Notes: a model not told the origin generated them from the sequence alone. Numbered from the stretch's first letter, positions 30,160 to 40,243 are shown. The stretch is DNA of 64,000 nucleotides from an uncultured Erythrobacter sp. (GCF_947502395.1 NZ_CANMZM010000003.1:584709-648708), one strand, 5' to 3'. Translations and numbers: made by a program.

Positions 30160-31086
30160 CTAGAGTTTGAGGCCCGCCGTCTCGGGCAGGCCACACATGA
30201 TATTCAGGTTTTGGATTGCTGCGCCTGACGCGCCTTTGCCAAGGTTGTCGAGACGGGCGATTAAGCGGACGTTCCATCCCCCCTCATTGCCGCAGACGAA
30301 GAGCTCCATTCCATCCTGCCCTTGCGTGTCCCGTTCCAACAGCAATTCAACAGGAGCATTTCCATTTGCAATGCGGATGACTTTTGATCCGGCGTAGAAG
30401 GATTGGAGAGCATCGCGCAGTTGTTCAGCGTGTGGATCATTTGCCATCGCGCCAAGATGCAACGGAACTTCGACAATCATACCGCGATGGGCCGGAATCA
30501 CCGATGGAGCGAACAATACTGGGTGGACCAACCCAGCGTGCGATTTCATTTCCGGCAGATGTTTGTGTGCCAATGTAAGACCATATGTCCGATAAGCAAT
30601 TTCGGGATTGGTCTCAAACCGGTCGATCAGCGCATTGCCACCACCAGAATACCCACTCACCGCATTGACTGTGTAAGGCCAGTCAGCTGGGAGAAGCTCT
30701 GCGCGAACAAGCGGGGCGATCATTGCGAGGAATCCGGTTGGATAGCACCCTGGATTGCTTACCAACTGTGCGTTGGCGATTTGCTCTTTGCCAATCAGCT
30801 CGGGGAACCCGTAAGTCCAGCCATCCGCAACCCGGTGCGCGCTCGACGCATCGATGATCCGCGTATTTGCCCCTTCCGCCAGCCTCACCGCTTCACGTGC
30901 GGCATCATCGGGAAGACACAGGATTGCTACATCTGCGGCGCGCAGAGCCTCACTGCGTGCAGACACATCTTTGCGGCGGGCATCATCCAAAACAAGCAGC
31001 TCAAACTCACTGCGGCCAGCCAATCGATCGCGGATCTCAAGGCCAGTTGTGCCGGCCGCTCCATCAATGAAAATCCGATGTGTCAT
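30160..31086 (-). CDS. argC: N-acetyl-gamma-glutamyl-phosphate reductase (short type 2)
   Basis: IFIDGAAGTTGLEI, IDASSAHR, VSNPGCYPTG, DNLGKGASGAA.QN. Confidence 0.95.
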   Translation of the reverse strand: MTHRIFIDGAAGTTGLEIRDRLAGRSEFELLVLDDARRKDVSARSEALRAADVAILCLPDDAAREAVRLAEGANTRIIDASSAHRVADGWTYGFPELIGKEQIANAQLVSNPGCYPTGFLAMIAPLVRAELLPADWPYTVNAVSGYSGGGNALIDRFETNPEIAYRTYGLTLAHKHLPEMKSHAGLVHPVLFAPSVIPAHRGMIVEVPLHLGAMANDPHAEQLRDALQSFYAGSKVIRIANGNAPVELLLERDTQGQDGMELFVCGNEGGWNVRLIARLDNLGKGASGAAIQNLNIMCGLPETAGLKL

Positions 31087-31439
31087 TACGATCTTAGTGC
31101 AACTGCTCGCATGTAACCGCTCGGGCCGTCGGGGCCCAGACATCCCCAGATCCAGTCACCAGAAACGTCAATGACCTCGACCAATGTGCCAGCTTCAAAC
31201 CGAGTCACAACTGGACTGTCGTCGCGGGTGTTCTCCATCACATCTACGCCGTCTGCGCCAACTGTCCAGATATGCGGGACCACATAATGAGCCGCCAGAT
31301 GCGTGCCGGCGAGTGCGATATGTGCCAAGTCTCCGCGCAGGGGCAAAGTGCCGGGTGCAGGCGTTTTGACCGGGCCTTTGAGGCCCAAATCACCGCCTGG
31401 CACTGTGTACTCATATTCTTGGCGGTTGTCGCCGCTCAT
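31086..31439 (-). CDS. SH3-like domain protein without catalytic domain
   Basis: PLRGDLAHIALAG..LAAHYV.P then SH3b-like VEVIDVSGDWIWG..GPDGPSGY; TAATG coupling to argC. Confidence 0.75.
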   Translation of the reverse strand: MSGDNRQEYEYTVPGGDLGLKGPVKTPAPGTLPLRGDLAHIALAGTHLAAHYVVPHIWTVGADGVDVMENTRDDSPVVTRFEAGTLVEVIDVSGDWIWGCLGPDGPSGYMRAVALRS

Positions 31440-31506
31440 TCGCATTTGCTTTCTTTGAAGCCCCGTTGATTTTCGCGCTTAGACACACAGACGCTTCGGG
31501 GCAAGT

Positions 31507-32892
31507 TTAGCTCCCAAATCGCGCCTTCAGCATATGCCATGCGGCGCGCAGGCCATAGGCGGTACCGCCTTTTGAACGGCCAGGCTTGGGGAAGGGGCGC
31601 CAAGCAAAGGTGTCAAAATGCACCCAGTCAATTCCTTCGTCGACAAAGCGATCGAGGAATAGGCCAGCGACGCTCGCACCCGCGTAAGGATTAGAGTGCG
31701 CGTTGACCAAATCGGCAATGTCGGAATTGAGGTACTCGCGATAGGCATCAGGCAGGGGCAAACGCCATGGTTGATCGTCCACGCCCCGGCCCGCCTCAAC
31801 CAGTGCATCTGCTGTCTCATCCCGGCGCGCCATCATCGCGGCGTAATCTGGGCCAAGCGCAACACGTGCCGCTCCGGTGAGTGTAGCGAAGTCGATGATA
31901 AGTTCAGGGTTTTCCTCAGAGGCCCGTGTCAAGGCATCGCCAAGGATCAAGCGACCCTCGGCATCGGTATTGTGAATCTCCACCGTCAGCCCCTTGCGGC
32001 TAGGCAGCACATCGCCGGGTCGGAAGGCTGGACCAGAAATCGCATTCTCGACTGCTGGCACCAGCAGATGCAGCCGCACTTTGAGCCCTGCGCCCATAAC
32101 AAGCCCCGCCAGAGCAATCGCATGGGCTGCGCCACCCATATCCTTTTTCATCAGCCGCATGCCGGCGGCTGGCTTGATATCGAGACCACCTGAATCAAAA
32201 CAAACACCCTTGCCGACAATCGCCAGAACCGGCGCGTCTTCTTGGCCCCACTGAAGATGCATGATCCGAGGCGCGTGTTTGCGATCTGCGGCTCGACCGA
32301 CAGCGTGAACCATGGGATAGCCTTGCTCAAGATCATCCCCGCGAGTGACCTTGAAGTCAGCGCTGTGGTCCTTAGCCAGCTTCTGGAACTCATCCTCAAG
32401 TGCGGCTGGTCCCATGTCCTCCGCCGGGGTGTTGACCAGATCGCGTACCAGCATTTCGGCTGAGGCCTCGGCAACATATCCGTGCAAACGGCCCACCTGC
32501 TCGGTCAGCAGAATGCGAGGTCCAATGGCGTTGTCATCCGCCTTGTAGCGGGTGAAGCGATAATGCGCGGTGAGCCAACCAAAAGCAGCCGCGCCAGGCT
32601 GCGCGTCGACGAGGCGATATGTGCCCTCAGGGAGCTTGTTCGCCAATGCAGCGAGACAATAGCTACCCAAGTTCTCAGGGTCAGCAACTCCGCCGATTGC
32701 GAAGAACCCCTCACCATCGGGAACTATGCCTACGCTGCCCGGACCTCCCTCGAACTTCTGCCCTGTGAGGCTGGCTCTTTGGCCGGTGCTCAGTCCCTTA
32801 GCAAAGTCTTCAAAGCCAGCCTTGGTGATCAAGTGAATGGCTACTGCCTCTTGCCCTCGGTCGGGTCGGATCAGGTCGTTCAAATCAGTCAT
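31507..32892 (-). CDS. Leucyl aminopeptidase family M17 (PepA/PepB-like)
   Basis: VGKGVCFDSGGLDIK, MKKDMGG, NTDAEGRL, DFATLTGA. Confidence 0.95.
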   Translation of the reverse strand: MTDLNDLIRPDRGQEAVAIHLITKAGFEDFAKGLSTGQRASLTGQKFEGGPGSVGIVPDGEGFFAIGGVADPENLGSYCLAALANKLPEGTYRLVDAQPGAAAFGWLTAHYRFTRYKADDNAIGPRILLTEQVGRLHGYVAEASAEMLVRDLVNTPAEDMGPAALEDEFQKLAKDHSADFKVTRGDDLEQGYPMVHAVGRAADRKHAPRIMHLQWGQEDAPVLAIVGKGVCFDSGGLDIKPAAGMRLMKKDMGGAAHAIALAGLVMGAGLKVRLHLLVPAVENAISGPAFRPGDVLPSRKGLTVEIHNTDAEGRLILGDALTRASEENPELIIDFATLTGAARVALGPDYAAMMARRDETADALVEAGRGVDDQPWRLPLPDAYREYLNSDIADLVNAHSNPYAGASVAGLFLDRFVDEGIDWVHFDTFAWRPFPKPGRSKGGTAYGLRAAWHMLKARFGS

Positions 32893-32972
32893 GATTTCCT
32901 AATGGTAATCGGATGGCAGCTTGTCACGCGCTTTCGCTCGCATTTGTTTGTGGGGCCAGCTATATATGCCGC

Positions 32973-33803
32973 ATGACCGAATACCAACTCGTCGAGAGCC
33001 AAGACACCGTCTACCGCGACGGAACGATTAAGCTGCATACGCAAGAAGGCTTTGAAGGAATGCGCGCCGCTGGCCGGCTTGCTGCGACCATCCTCGATCA
33101 GGTCGCCGGTATGGTGGAGCCGGGGGTCACCACGCAAAGCATCGATGACCGTGTGCGTGAGATGACTTTGGATGCAGGGGCGGTGCCCGCAACGCTTGGC
33201 TATCGCGGCTACACCCATTCATGCTGTATCTCGATCAACCATGTGATTTGTCATGGTATTCCGGGGTCCAAGGTCCTTAAAGAGGGGGACATTCTGAACG
33301 TCGATGTCACCCCACTGCTTGACGGCTGGCATGGTGATACATCGCGTATGTTCTTCGCTGGCGAGCCTTCGATTAAGGCCAAGCGCTTAGTCGATGTAAC
33401 CTATGAATGCCTGATGCTGGGCATCGAGGCGGCGGGTAAGCCCGGCGCGCGGCTCGGCGACATTGGCGCTGCGATTGAAGCGCACGCCAAGCAGTTCCGC
33501 TACGGCGTGGTTCGCGAGTTCTGCGGCCACGGTCTAGGTCGCCTGTTCCACGATGCCCCGGAAGTGGTCCACGCTGCCAAAGCGGGCACGGGCCCAGAGC
33601 TTAAACCCGGCATGTTCTTCACGATCGAGCCGATGATCAACCTTGGCAAACCATGGGCGAAGGTGTTGAACGATGGTTGGACCGCAGTGACCCGCGATAA
33701 GAGCTTGTCAGCGCAGTTTGAGCACTCACTAGCGATCACAGAAGATGGGACTGAAATCTTTACGAAGAGCCCGACGGGACGGGATAAGCCGCCATACGCA
33801 TAG
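32973..33803 (+). CDS. map: Methionine aminopeptidase type I
   Basis: CHGIP, VDVT, GDTSRM, GHGLG..FH, TIEPM, AQFEH metal ligands. Confidence 0.97.
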   Translation: MTEYQLVESQDTVYRDGTIKLHTQEGFEGMRAAGRLAATILDQVAGMVEPGVTTQSIDDRVREMTLDAGAVPATLGYRGYTHSCCISINHVICHGIPGSKVLKEGDILNVDVTPLLDGWHGDTSRMFFAGEPSIKAKRLVDVTYECLMLGIEAAGKPGARLGDIGAAIEAHAKQFRYGVVREFCGHGLGRLFHDAPEVVHAAKAGTGPELKPGMFFTIEPMINLGKPWAKVLNDGWTAVTRDKSLSAQFEHSLAITEDGTEIFTKSPTGRDKPPYA

Positions 33804-33809
33804 ACTCCC

Positions 33810-34460
33810 CTAAACTTCCCGCGCCGCCCTTATCGCAGCGCCTGCTGCAAATGGTGCCATCGCCACCAGTCCGAGACTGATCGCGGCAACAAATCCAAGG
33901 CTCACTGCGTCCTGTCTCGCCAAAGCGCCCGTGCCGAAGATCAGGATTGGCAGCGCCAGTGGGATCAACAACAGCCCAGACAATGCAGCGCCCGCGCGAA
34001 GGCTTGCGGTGAGGGCTGCAATCATCAGGCCTATAGCTGCCAAACCCGGTGTCCCTGCGAGCAAGCCCAACAAGAGCAAATGCAAAGTGGGTCCGTCGAT
34101 AGCGAGCAAAGCCGCCGCTGGAAAAGTTGCAAGGATCAGCGGCGGGCCAAAGCTTAGCCAATGCGCAATCAAACGCACTGCCATCATCACCTCCTCGGTC
34201 AGCCCGCGCAGCCGGAGTTGGTCGAAGAAACCCAGCTCAATATCGTTCGCCACCAGTTTTTCGAGAGGCAGGATCGCGGCGAGCAATGCGGCGATCCAGA
34301 CAACCCCACCGCCGGTGCGCGACAGAATGTTGACGTCCGGCCCCACCGCAAAGGGGTAGAGCATGGCAACGGCGACAAAGAACATCACCGGCAAGCTCGC
34401 ACCGCCGCCTGCAAAGGGGAAGAATTTTGCGAGATCGCGCTTTAGGAGCGAGCCGATCAT
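33810..34460 (-). CDS. ccmB: Heme exporter permease CcmB
   Basis: Six hydrophobic segments, PFAVGP, LIAHW..FG, LLIPLALPILIFG; coupled to ccmA. Confidence 0.92.
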   Translation of the reverse strand: MIGSLLKRDLAKFFPFAGGGASLPVMFFVAVAMLYPFAVGPDVNILSRTGGGVVWIAALLAAILPLEKLVANDIELGFFDQLRLRGLTEEVMMAVRLIAHWLSFGPPLILATFPAAALLAIDGPTLHLLLLGLLAGTPGLAAIGLMIAALTASLRAGAALSGLLLIPLALPILIFGTGALARQDAVSLGFVAAISLGLVAMAPFAAGAAIRAAREV

Positions 34461-35065
34461 TCTTCCTCCTCCCATTCCGCATAGCTTGGCACGAAGTCAC
34501 CAAGTTCGAGGCTTTGCAGACCTTCAATTTCAATCCTCTGGTGCGAGGCAATCAGCGCTAGGCCTCCTGACTTCACATGTTTCTCTATCAGCCGCGTGAC
34601 AGTTTCTATCGCTGCGACATCAAGTCCGGAAAGCGGCTCATCCAAAAGCCAGATCGGCACCTTGCGGCTCAGCAAAGCGGCGAGGCCAGCCCGCTTGCGT
34701 TGCCCTGTCGATAGGTACCGCACTGGCACCTCCAAGAGGCGGTCGAGGCCTAAGCGCATCTGAGCTTCAGAAGGGTTCTCACAATTGTCCACCCGGTTCC
34801 AAAACCCCAAGGCTTTGCCCAGCGGTTGTTCGAGATCGAGGGCAGGGCGCTCATCGAGAAGTCCAAGTTCGCCCTCTCTCTGAACCTCACCCACGAACGG
34901 CGTGCTGAGCCCAGCCAGAGCCCGCATCAAGGTGGTCTTGCCAATGCCGTTCGCACCCGTGATATGCAGGGCCTGACCTTCGCTCAAAGCAAAGCTGAGT
35001 TTCTGAAACAACACCCTGTCGCCGCGGCGACAAGCAAGATTGGTGGCGGTCAGTTGCGCTTGCAT
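34457..35065 (-). CDS. ccmA: Heme exporter ATP-binding protein CcmA
   Basis: LACRRGDRVLF, GANGIGKT Walker A, LSTGQRKR, WLLDEP. Confidence 0.94.
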   Translation of the reverse strand: MQAQLTATNLACRRGDRVLFQKLSFALSEGQALHITGANGIGKTTLMRALAGLSTPFVGEVQREGELGLLDERPALDLEQPLGKALGFWNRVDNCENPSEAQMRLGLDRLLEVPVRYLSTGQRKRAGLAALLSRKVPIWLLDEPLSGLDVAAIETVTRLIEKHVKSGGLALIASHQRIEIEGLQSLELGDFVPSYAEWEEEE

Positions 35066-35125
35066 CGCAGGAAGCGTTAAGCAAAAGCGTGGGCAGTCAC
35101 AACATCACATAAAGGTTCCTCCCCG

Positions 35126-35419
35126 ATGGTTTCCGTTCCAGAGCTCAGGCAAGACGAAGTCTCGCAATTGTTGTCCGACCACCCCGAATGGGTGCTTACC
35201 CGCGAAGGCAAGGCCATTATCCGCACGCTTCAGTTTAGCGATTTCAACGAAGCCTGGGGGTTTATGAATCGCGTGGCCCTGATCGCGGAAGCTCAGGATC
35301 ACCATCCCGAGTGGTTCAACGTCTACGCCAAGGTCGAAATCACGTTGACGACCCATGATGCAGGGGGGCTGTCGATCCGCGATGCGAAGATGGTTCGCGC
35401 GATCGATCAGCTGGTGTGA
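35126..35419 (+). CDS. phhB: Pterin-4-alpha-carbinolamine dehydratase
   Basis: [28 protein letters not shown]...LTTHD.GGLS.RD. Confidence 0.95.
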   Translation: MVSVPELRQDEVSQLLSDHPEWVLTREGKAIIRTLQFSDFNEAWGFMNRVALIAEAQDHHPEWFNVYAKVEITLTTHDAGGLSIRDAKMVRAIDQLV

Positions 35420-35614
35420 GCAGGGCTATACTTTTGGGCTAGCACAACAGTGGTGTGGCGTGAGCTGAAACCAAAGTCCATTCAAGTATTTCAAATATAA
35501 TAGAAAATATAGATCGTCTAACGCAACACTTGTGCTGAAAAGTATTGAACCGGATTTCCGGAATTGAAAGAACCAAGGCTACTCTGGCGCGCAAATCCCA
35601 AGTAGGAAAGCGGG

Positions 35615-36415
35615 TCAATTTCCGCCAAGAAGACCTGCGGCATCGCGCTGTTGCTTGCGCACACGGCCCGGCATCCAACGCTTGGCGAAATTCAATTTCT
35701 TGGCGGTCTTGCCGACCAGATAATGCAAATCATCGCCGTGCACTGCGTCCCAAACCGTCTTGGCGACTTCCTCTACTGGCGTAATCTCAAGACCTGCTTC
35801 GAGAACGCGGGTGCGAATCTGCTCATTCTCGCCGTGATGGCCGGTGCCGTCCAAAAGCGGGGTTTCAATAAAGCTAGGACAGATTGAAGAGACCTTGATC
35901 CCTTCAGGGGCCCATTCCGCATCGAGGCTCTCGGCTATTCCACGAACGGCAAACTTGGTCGCAGAATAGACGCTCATGCCAGAACCGCCGGTGATGCCAG
36001 CGGCGCTCGCGGTGTTGACCAACGCGGAGCCTGGTGCGGTTCTCTGAAGATAAGGGTAGGCAGCCTGACCTCCATACAGGACACCGCGCAAATTGATGTC
36101 GAGGCAAGCATCGATCTCATCCTTGGTCAGGTCTGAGAGAGCGCCGCCCGTTCCGATCCCTGCATTGTTGAACATCACATCGATCCTGCCACCAGCAGCG
36201 GTTGCTGCAGATTCGAGCGCAACGTCCCAGGCATCGCGATCGCGAACATCGAGCTGGTGTGAATATTTGAACCCGCCTTCGATCAGGCCCAGCGTATCTT
36301 GAAGTCCTGTGACATTGACGTCTGTGACCGTCACAAACCAGCCGCGTGCACCAAAGTACACTGCCACTGCGCGACCAATGCCCGATGCGCCGCCTGTGAT
36401 GAAGATGTGGCGCAT
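35615..36415 (-). CDS. Short-chain dehydrogenase/reductase
   Basis: TGGASGIG, NNAG, catalytic YSATK. Confidence 0.92.
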   Translation of the reverse strand: MRHIFITGGASGIGRAVAVYFGARGWFVTVTDVNVTGLQDTLGLIEGGFKYSHQLDVRDRDAWDVALESAATAAGGRIDVMFNNAGIGTGGALSDLTKDEIDACLDINLRGVLYGGQAAYPYLQRTAPGSALVNTASAAGITGGSGMSVYSATKFAVRGIAESLDAEWAPEGIKVSSICPSFIETPLLDGTGHHGENEQIRTRVLEAGLEITPVEEVAKTVWDAVHGDDLHYLVGKTAKKLNFAKRWMPGRVRKQQRDAAGLLGGN

Positions 36416-36459
36416 GGCCTGTGATCCCGAATTCATAGTTTTGCTCACTCCCAAAACAA

Positions 36460-36487
36460 ATCGCCCCGAGCGTTAACCCGGGGCGAT
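36460..36487 (-). terminator. Intrinsic terminator after the S9 peptidase
   Basis: ATCGCCCCG / CGGGGCGAT stem; minus strand continues TTGTTTT. Confidence 0.7.
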
Positions 36488-36522
36488 CCATTTGTCAGCA
36501 AATTAGCAGAACGTGTGGAGGC

Positions 36523-38613
36523 TTAACCACCCAGCGCATCTTCAAGGCCATTCACATGCTCTGCGCCTTCGACGATTTCAGCGGTCGACGGGGTAAGCAC
36601 ATCGCCTAGTGGCTCAGAACGACCACCAATGCATTCTGAAAGGAAATTCTCAGCAACAGCGAAGAAGGAAATGGTGTTTGCAGGCTTGGCAAAACCGTGG
36701 CCTTCATCGGGATAGAGAACATAGGTCACAGGAATGCCCGCATCCTTCATCGCGCCGACGATCTGATCGCTTTCTGCCTGCTTCACTCGTGGGTCATTCG
36801 CACCTTGAGCAATCAACAACGGTTTGACGATCTGGTCAGCCTTATAGAGCGGGCTTGCCGCTTTGAGTAGCGCCAGGCCTTCTTCGGTGTTCGGATCACC
36901 CATGCGGGTGTGGAACAGCTTAACAATTGGTGCCCAGTATGGTGGGATCGTTGCCAATAATGTTTCAAGGTTGGACGGGCCAACAATGTCAACGCCGCAA
37001 GCAAATTTCTCGGGTGTGAAAGTCAGTCCAGCCAAAGTTGCGTAGCCGCCATAAGAGCCGCCCATGATCGCGACCTTATCTGGTATCGCGATGCCCTCAT
37101 TTATCGCCCAGTCTGTCGCATCGATCAGATCATAGTGCATTTTGAGACCCCATTCCATGTTACCGGCGTTGAGGAAGTCTTTGCCGAACCCGGTCGAACC
37201 ACGGAAATTCACTGAGAGCACGGCATAGCCGCGATTGGCGAGCATTTGGTGGTTCGAGTTGAACCCATAATTGTCGCGCGCCCAAGGGCCACCGTGGACT
37301 AAAAGGACCATGGGAACAGCTTCATCGGGCCTGCCATCACCATCGCTGTCGCTGCCAACGGGTAGAGTGAGGTAGGATGGCAAAGTCAGTCCATCGCGGC
37401 TGGTGATCTCAATCGGATACATGGGCTGTAACGGCATGCCTTCAAGCTCAGGTCGCGATGTGTAGAACGGCGTGAGCGTTTCTGCATCGCGATCATAAAT
37501 GTAGGTTGAGGTAGGCGCCGTCAGTGGATCATTCCAGACAATCCAGGTGCGGTCATCGTCGGTGCGGCTTGAGATGCCAAAATCACCTTCAAGCTTGCCG
37601 TCGAGCCAGCCAAGGGTTGCGCCAAGATCTTCGTCAATCGCAGTCCATTTGTTCTGTAGGTAATTGACCGAATAGGCCTCTACTACGCCGGTCTTGGGAT
37701 CGCGGATCGTGCCGCCAAGGTCTGCCTTGTCGTCTTCCGCAATCATGGTCTTCTCGCCGGTCGCGGTGTCTTGTGCATAGAGCGCAGCGGTGTTGCGGCC
37801 ACGGCTGTCGAGCCAATAGAGGATCGAGCCGTCGGTGGTGTATCCAGCCGGCGTCGTGGTCAGCGAATCTTCCATCGCGGTCGACTCAAATGGCTCAACG
37901 GCCACCTCATTGCTCTCAACGTTGAAATAGTCGGTGCCGCCTTCAGCATTCTGCCGCATCGCCATGCGCAGCGTCAGCGTGTCGTCCGCCATGAAACCGG
38001 CAAAGCCGTTGTTTTCATAAACAAGGGTAAGCTCGCCCGTTTCGAGATCGAGCATATGCACGTCGTGAAATTGTGGGTTGCGATTGTTGACACCGAGAAG
38101 GACCTTGTCCTTGATTGTTTCAGAAGTGCCTACAACCTGAATCCGGGTGTTCTCAAATGGCGTCAGGGTCTTCTCTTCAAGCGTGTCGAGATCGATTTGG
38201 TAGAGCAGAAAGTTCTCATCGCCGCCCTTGTCCTGAACATACATGATGCTTTCGCCATCGGGCGCCCAGAAATACTGGCGGATCGGGCGATCAGTTGAGC
38301 TAGTAATGGCTTTGCCCTCATTGGGCTTGTCGCGCGTTGTAACCCACACGTTGAGCACGCCATCTTTGGGCGCAAGCCAACTGAGCATAGTGCCATCGGG
38401 GCTGATCTGACCACCCGCTCGGGTCGGGTTTCCAAATAGCGCATCGCGCGGGATCAGAGGGGCAGATTCAGCGGTGTGGTTCATATGTGTTCCAGTATGT
38501 GCGGCCTGGGCCTCGGCGCTCTGGCCATTGGCGGTTGTGATCGTGGGAAGTGTCAGCAGCGCAGCGGCTGTCGTGGTGGCGAGGAGTGTTGCATATTTTG
38601 AGAGTGCAGACAT
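36523..38613 (-). CDS. Exported S9 family peptidase (dipeptidyl/acylaminoacyl peptidase)
   Basis: Signal peptide, beta-propeller region, VHGGPW, GGSYGG (Ser), NDPRV (Asp), EGHG (His); GGAGGG RBS before ATG 38613. Confidence 0.94.
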   Translation of the reverse strand: MSALSKYATLLATTTAAALLTLPTITTANGQSAEAQAAHTGTHMNHTAESAPLIPRDALFGNPTRAGGQISPDGTMLSWLAPKDGVLNVWVTTRDKPNEGKAITSSTDRPIRQYFWAPDGESIMYVQDKGGDENFLLYQIDLDTLEEKTLTPFENTRIQVVGTSETIKDKVLLGVNNRNPQFHDVHMLDLETGELTLVYENNGFAGFMADDTLTLRMAMRQNAEGGTDYFNVESNEVAVEPFESTAMEDSLTTTPAGYTTDGSILYWLDSRGRNTAALYAQDTATGEKTMIAEDDKADLGGTIRDPKTGVVEAYSVNYLQNKWTAIDEDLGATLGWLDGKLEGDFGISSRTDDDRTWIVWNDPLTAPTSTYIYDRDAETLTPFYTSRPELEGMPLQPMYPIEITSRDGLTLPSYLTLPVGSDSDGDGRPDEAVPMVLLVHGGPWARDNYGFNSNHQMLANRGYAVLSVNFRGSTGFGKDFLNAGNMEWGLKMHYDLIDATDWAINEGIAIPDKVAIMGGSYGGYATLAGLTFTPEKFACGVDIVGPSNLETLLATIPPYWAPIVKLFHTRMGDPNTEEGLALLKAASPLYKADQIVKPLLIAQGANDPRVKQAESDQIVGAMKDAGIPVTYVLYPDEGHGFAKPANTISFFAVAENFLSECIGGRSEPLGDVLTPSTAEIVEGAEHVNGLEDALGG

Positions 38614-38747
38614 GGTTAGGCCCTCCTTAGGTTGCAAGAATGTTTGGATATGTCTCTTGGTGTATTGCACACACGGTACAGATGGAGGGGCGCTGAGCAA
38701 GAGCGCTTTGTCGGAAAGGAAGGGCGGTTTGTCGGTGTCGATTGAGG

Positions 38748-39179
38748 CTAAATCTGTGAAGCTTCAGTTTCAGGCTGCGGGTTACCAAGGGTCAAAGTGA
38801 ACTCTTGGCTCCACTGACTGAGCACAGGCTCGCCTTCTTCATCAGTGGCAGGTGTGAAGCGAGCATAGCGGACCGTGCCACGGCAGGCCCATTGGTCGAT
38901 AATGCTATCGCCGCTTGATTTCTTGATCTGACAGTTCGTTGCCCGCCCATTGGTGGTCACTAACACGCTGATCTTGGCGGTGCCTTGCACGTCTCTCCGA
39001 ATAAGCGGCATTGGATAACTGTCGATGATTTTTTGACCAAACTGCTCTGTGTTCAAGAGGGTTGCCTCAGGCAGTTCAGCGCGCTCGAAAAACGACAGCT
39101 CGGGCACTTTCTCTTGTGTATTGGCGCAAAGAGCCGTTGCGGCAAAGAGAAGAGGTAAGGGCTTGGTGATTTGCATCAC
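38748..39179 (-). CDS. TonB C-terminal domain protein
   Basis: YP....RRDVQG...ISVLV..NGRATNC.I.KSSG....D..AC.......RFTPA.D.EG.PV. Confidence 0.8.
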   Translation of the reverse strand: MMQITKPLPLLFAATALCANTQEKVPELSFFERAELPEATLLNTEQFGQKIIDSYPMPLIRRDVQGTAKISVLVTTNGRATNCQIKKSSGDSIIDQWACRGTVRYARFTPATDEEGEPVLSQWSQEFTLTLGNPQPETEASQI

Positions 39180-39191
39180 GGCTCCCCCAAT

Positions 39192-39809
39192 CTACAGCGC
39201 CGGATTGGCGTAAAAATGCCAGGTGAACAGCGCGACGCTGGACCGGTGCGGGGCCCATGTATCGCCGAGGGTGCGGCACTCTTTTTCTTTGGGACGTTCG
39301 TCCAGGTTTAGTAGGCGCTTCACACCCTCCTGCACGGCCAAATCACCCGCTGGCCAGATATCGGTGCGCCCTTCTGCGAACATGAGGTATATCTCCGCCG
39401 ACCAGCGCCCGATGCCCTTGATCTGGGTGAGTTCGGCAATCGCCTCTTCATCGTCCTTGGGGAGCGCATCGAAATCAACCGCGCCAGCTTCAACGAGCTC
39501 GCACAACGACCGCGCATAGCCCTGTTTCTGGCGCGACAAGCCGCAAGCTCTCAGCGTATCGAAATCGCGTTCGAGCAGACAGGACGTGGTGAACGCCTCG
39601 CCCAATTCCGCCTCCAGCTTGCCCCACATGGAACTTGCCGCCGCGACTGAAACTTGCTGGCCAACAATGGTGCGCAGCATCGTTTTGTAGCCGCGCGGTC
39701 TTACCCGCGGTTCGGGATAGCCGATGCGCGCCAACTCTCCATTGAGGCGTGGATCCATTGCGGCAACAGCGTCCAATTCGGTTTGCAATATCTCGGCTGT
39801 GAGCCCCAC
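39192..39809 (-). CDS. DNA-3-methyladenine glycosylase II (HhH-GPD, AlkA-like)
   Basis: RTIVGQQVS, GLSRQK, HhH motif IKGIGRWSA, catalytic PAGDL, WAPHRS. Confidence 0.92.
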   Translation of the reverse strand: MGLTAEILQTELDAVAAMDPRLNGELARIGYPEPRVRPRGYKTMLRTIVGQQVSVAAASSMWGKLEAELGEAFTTSCLLERDFDTLRACGLSRQKQGYARSLCELVEAGAVDFDALPKDDEEAIAELTQIKGIGRWSAEIYLMFAEGRTDIWPAGDLAVQEGVKRLLNLDERPKEKECRTLGDTWAPHRSSVALFTWHFYANPAL

Positions 39810-39928
39810 GCGTTTCTCCCTCCGACATGCTCTAGGTTGCGTTCCGCAATGGAAACTCCTAGCTGAACGCCGAGATTTTCCAAGCGCGCAATCTTGCGCT
39901 CAACCTTTCCCAGAAGGACCAACGCACC

Positions 39929-40243
39929 ATGCCTAAGCTCATCGTGACCAATCGCGACGGCGAAACCAGTGAAATCGAAGTCGAAGACGGCCTGACCGTA
40001 ATGGAAGCTGTGCGCGACAATGGTTTCGATGAACTTCTGGCGCTGTGCGGCGGGTGCTGCTCGTGCGCGACGTGTCACGTCTATGTTGATGAAGCGCCTG
40101 GCGAAGTCCCCGAGATGAGCGAAGATGAAGATGACCTTCTGGAGTCTTCCGATCACCGCAAGGACAGCTCGCGTCTGTCGTGCCAGATCGCATTCAGTCC
40201 TGTCCTTGACGGCATGAAAGTGACGATTGCGCCTGAAGACTAA
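39929..40243 (+). CDS. fdx: 2Fe-2S ferredoxin (adrenodoxin/putidaredoxin type)
   Basis: [25 protein letters not shown]. Confidence 0.93.
   Translation: MPKLIVTNRDGETSEIEVEDGLTVMEAVRDNGFDELLALCGGCCSCATCHVYVDEAPGEVPEMSEDEDDLLESSDHRKDSSRLSCQIAFSPVLDGMKVTIAPED

Noticed and set aside
39810-39928. Alphaproteobacterial LexA box (GTTC-N7-GTTC) upstream of the alkA-like gene
   Set aside because: Only one GTTC half-site with no partner at the right spacing
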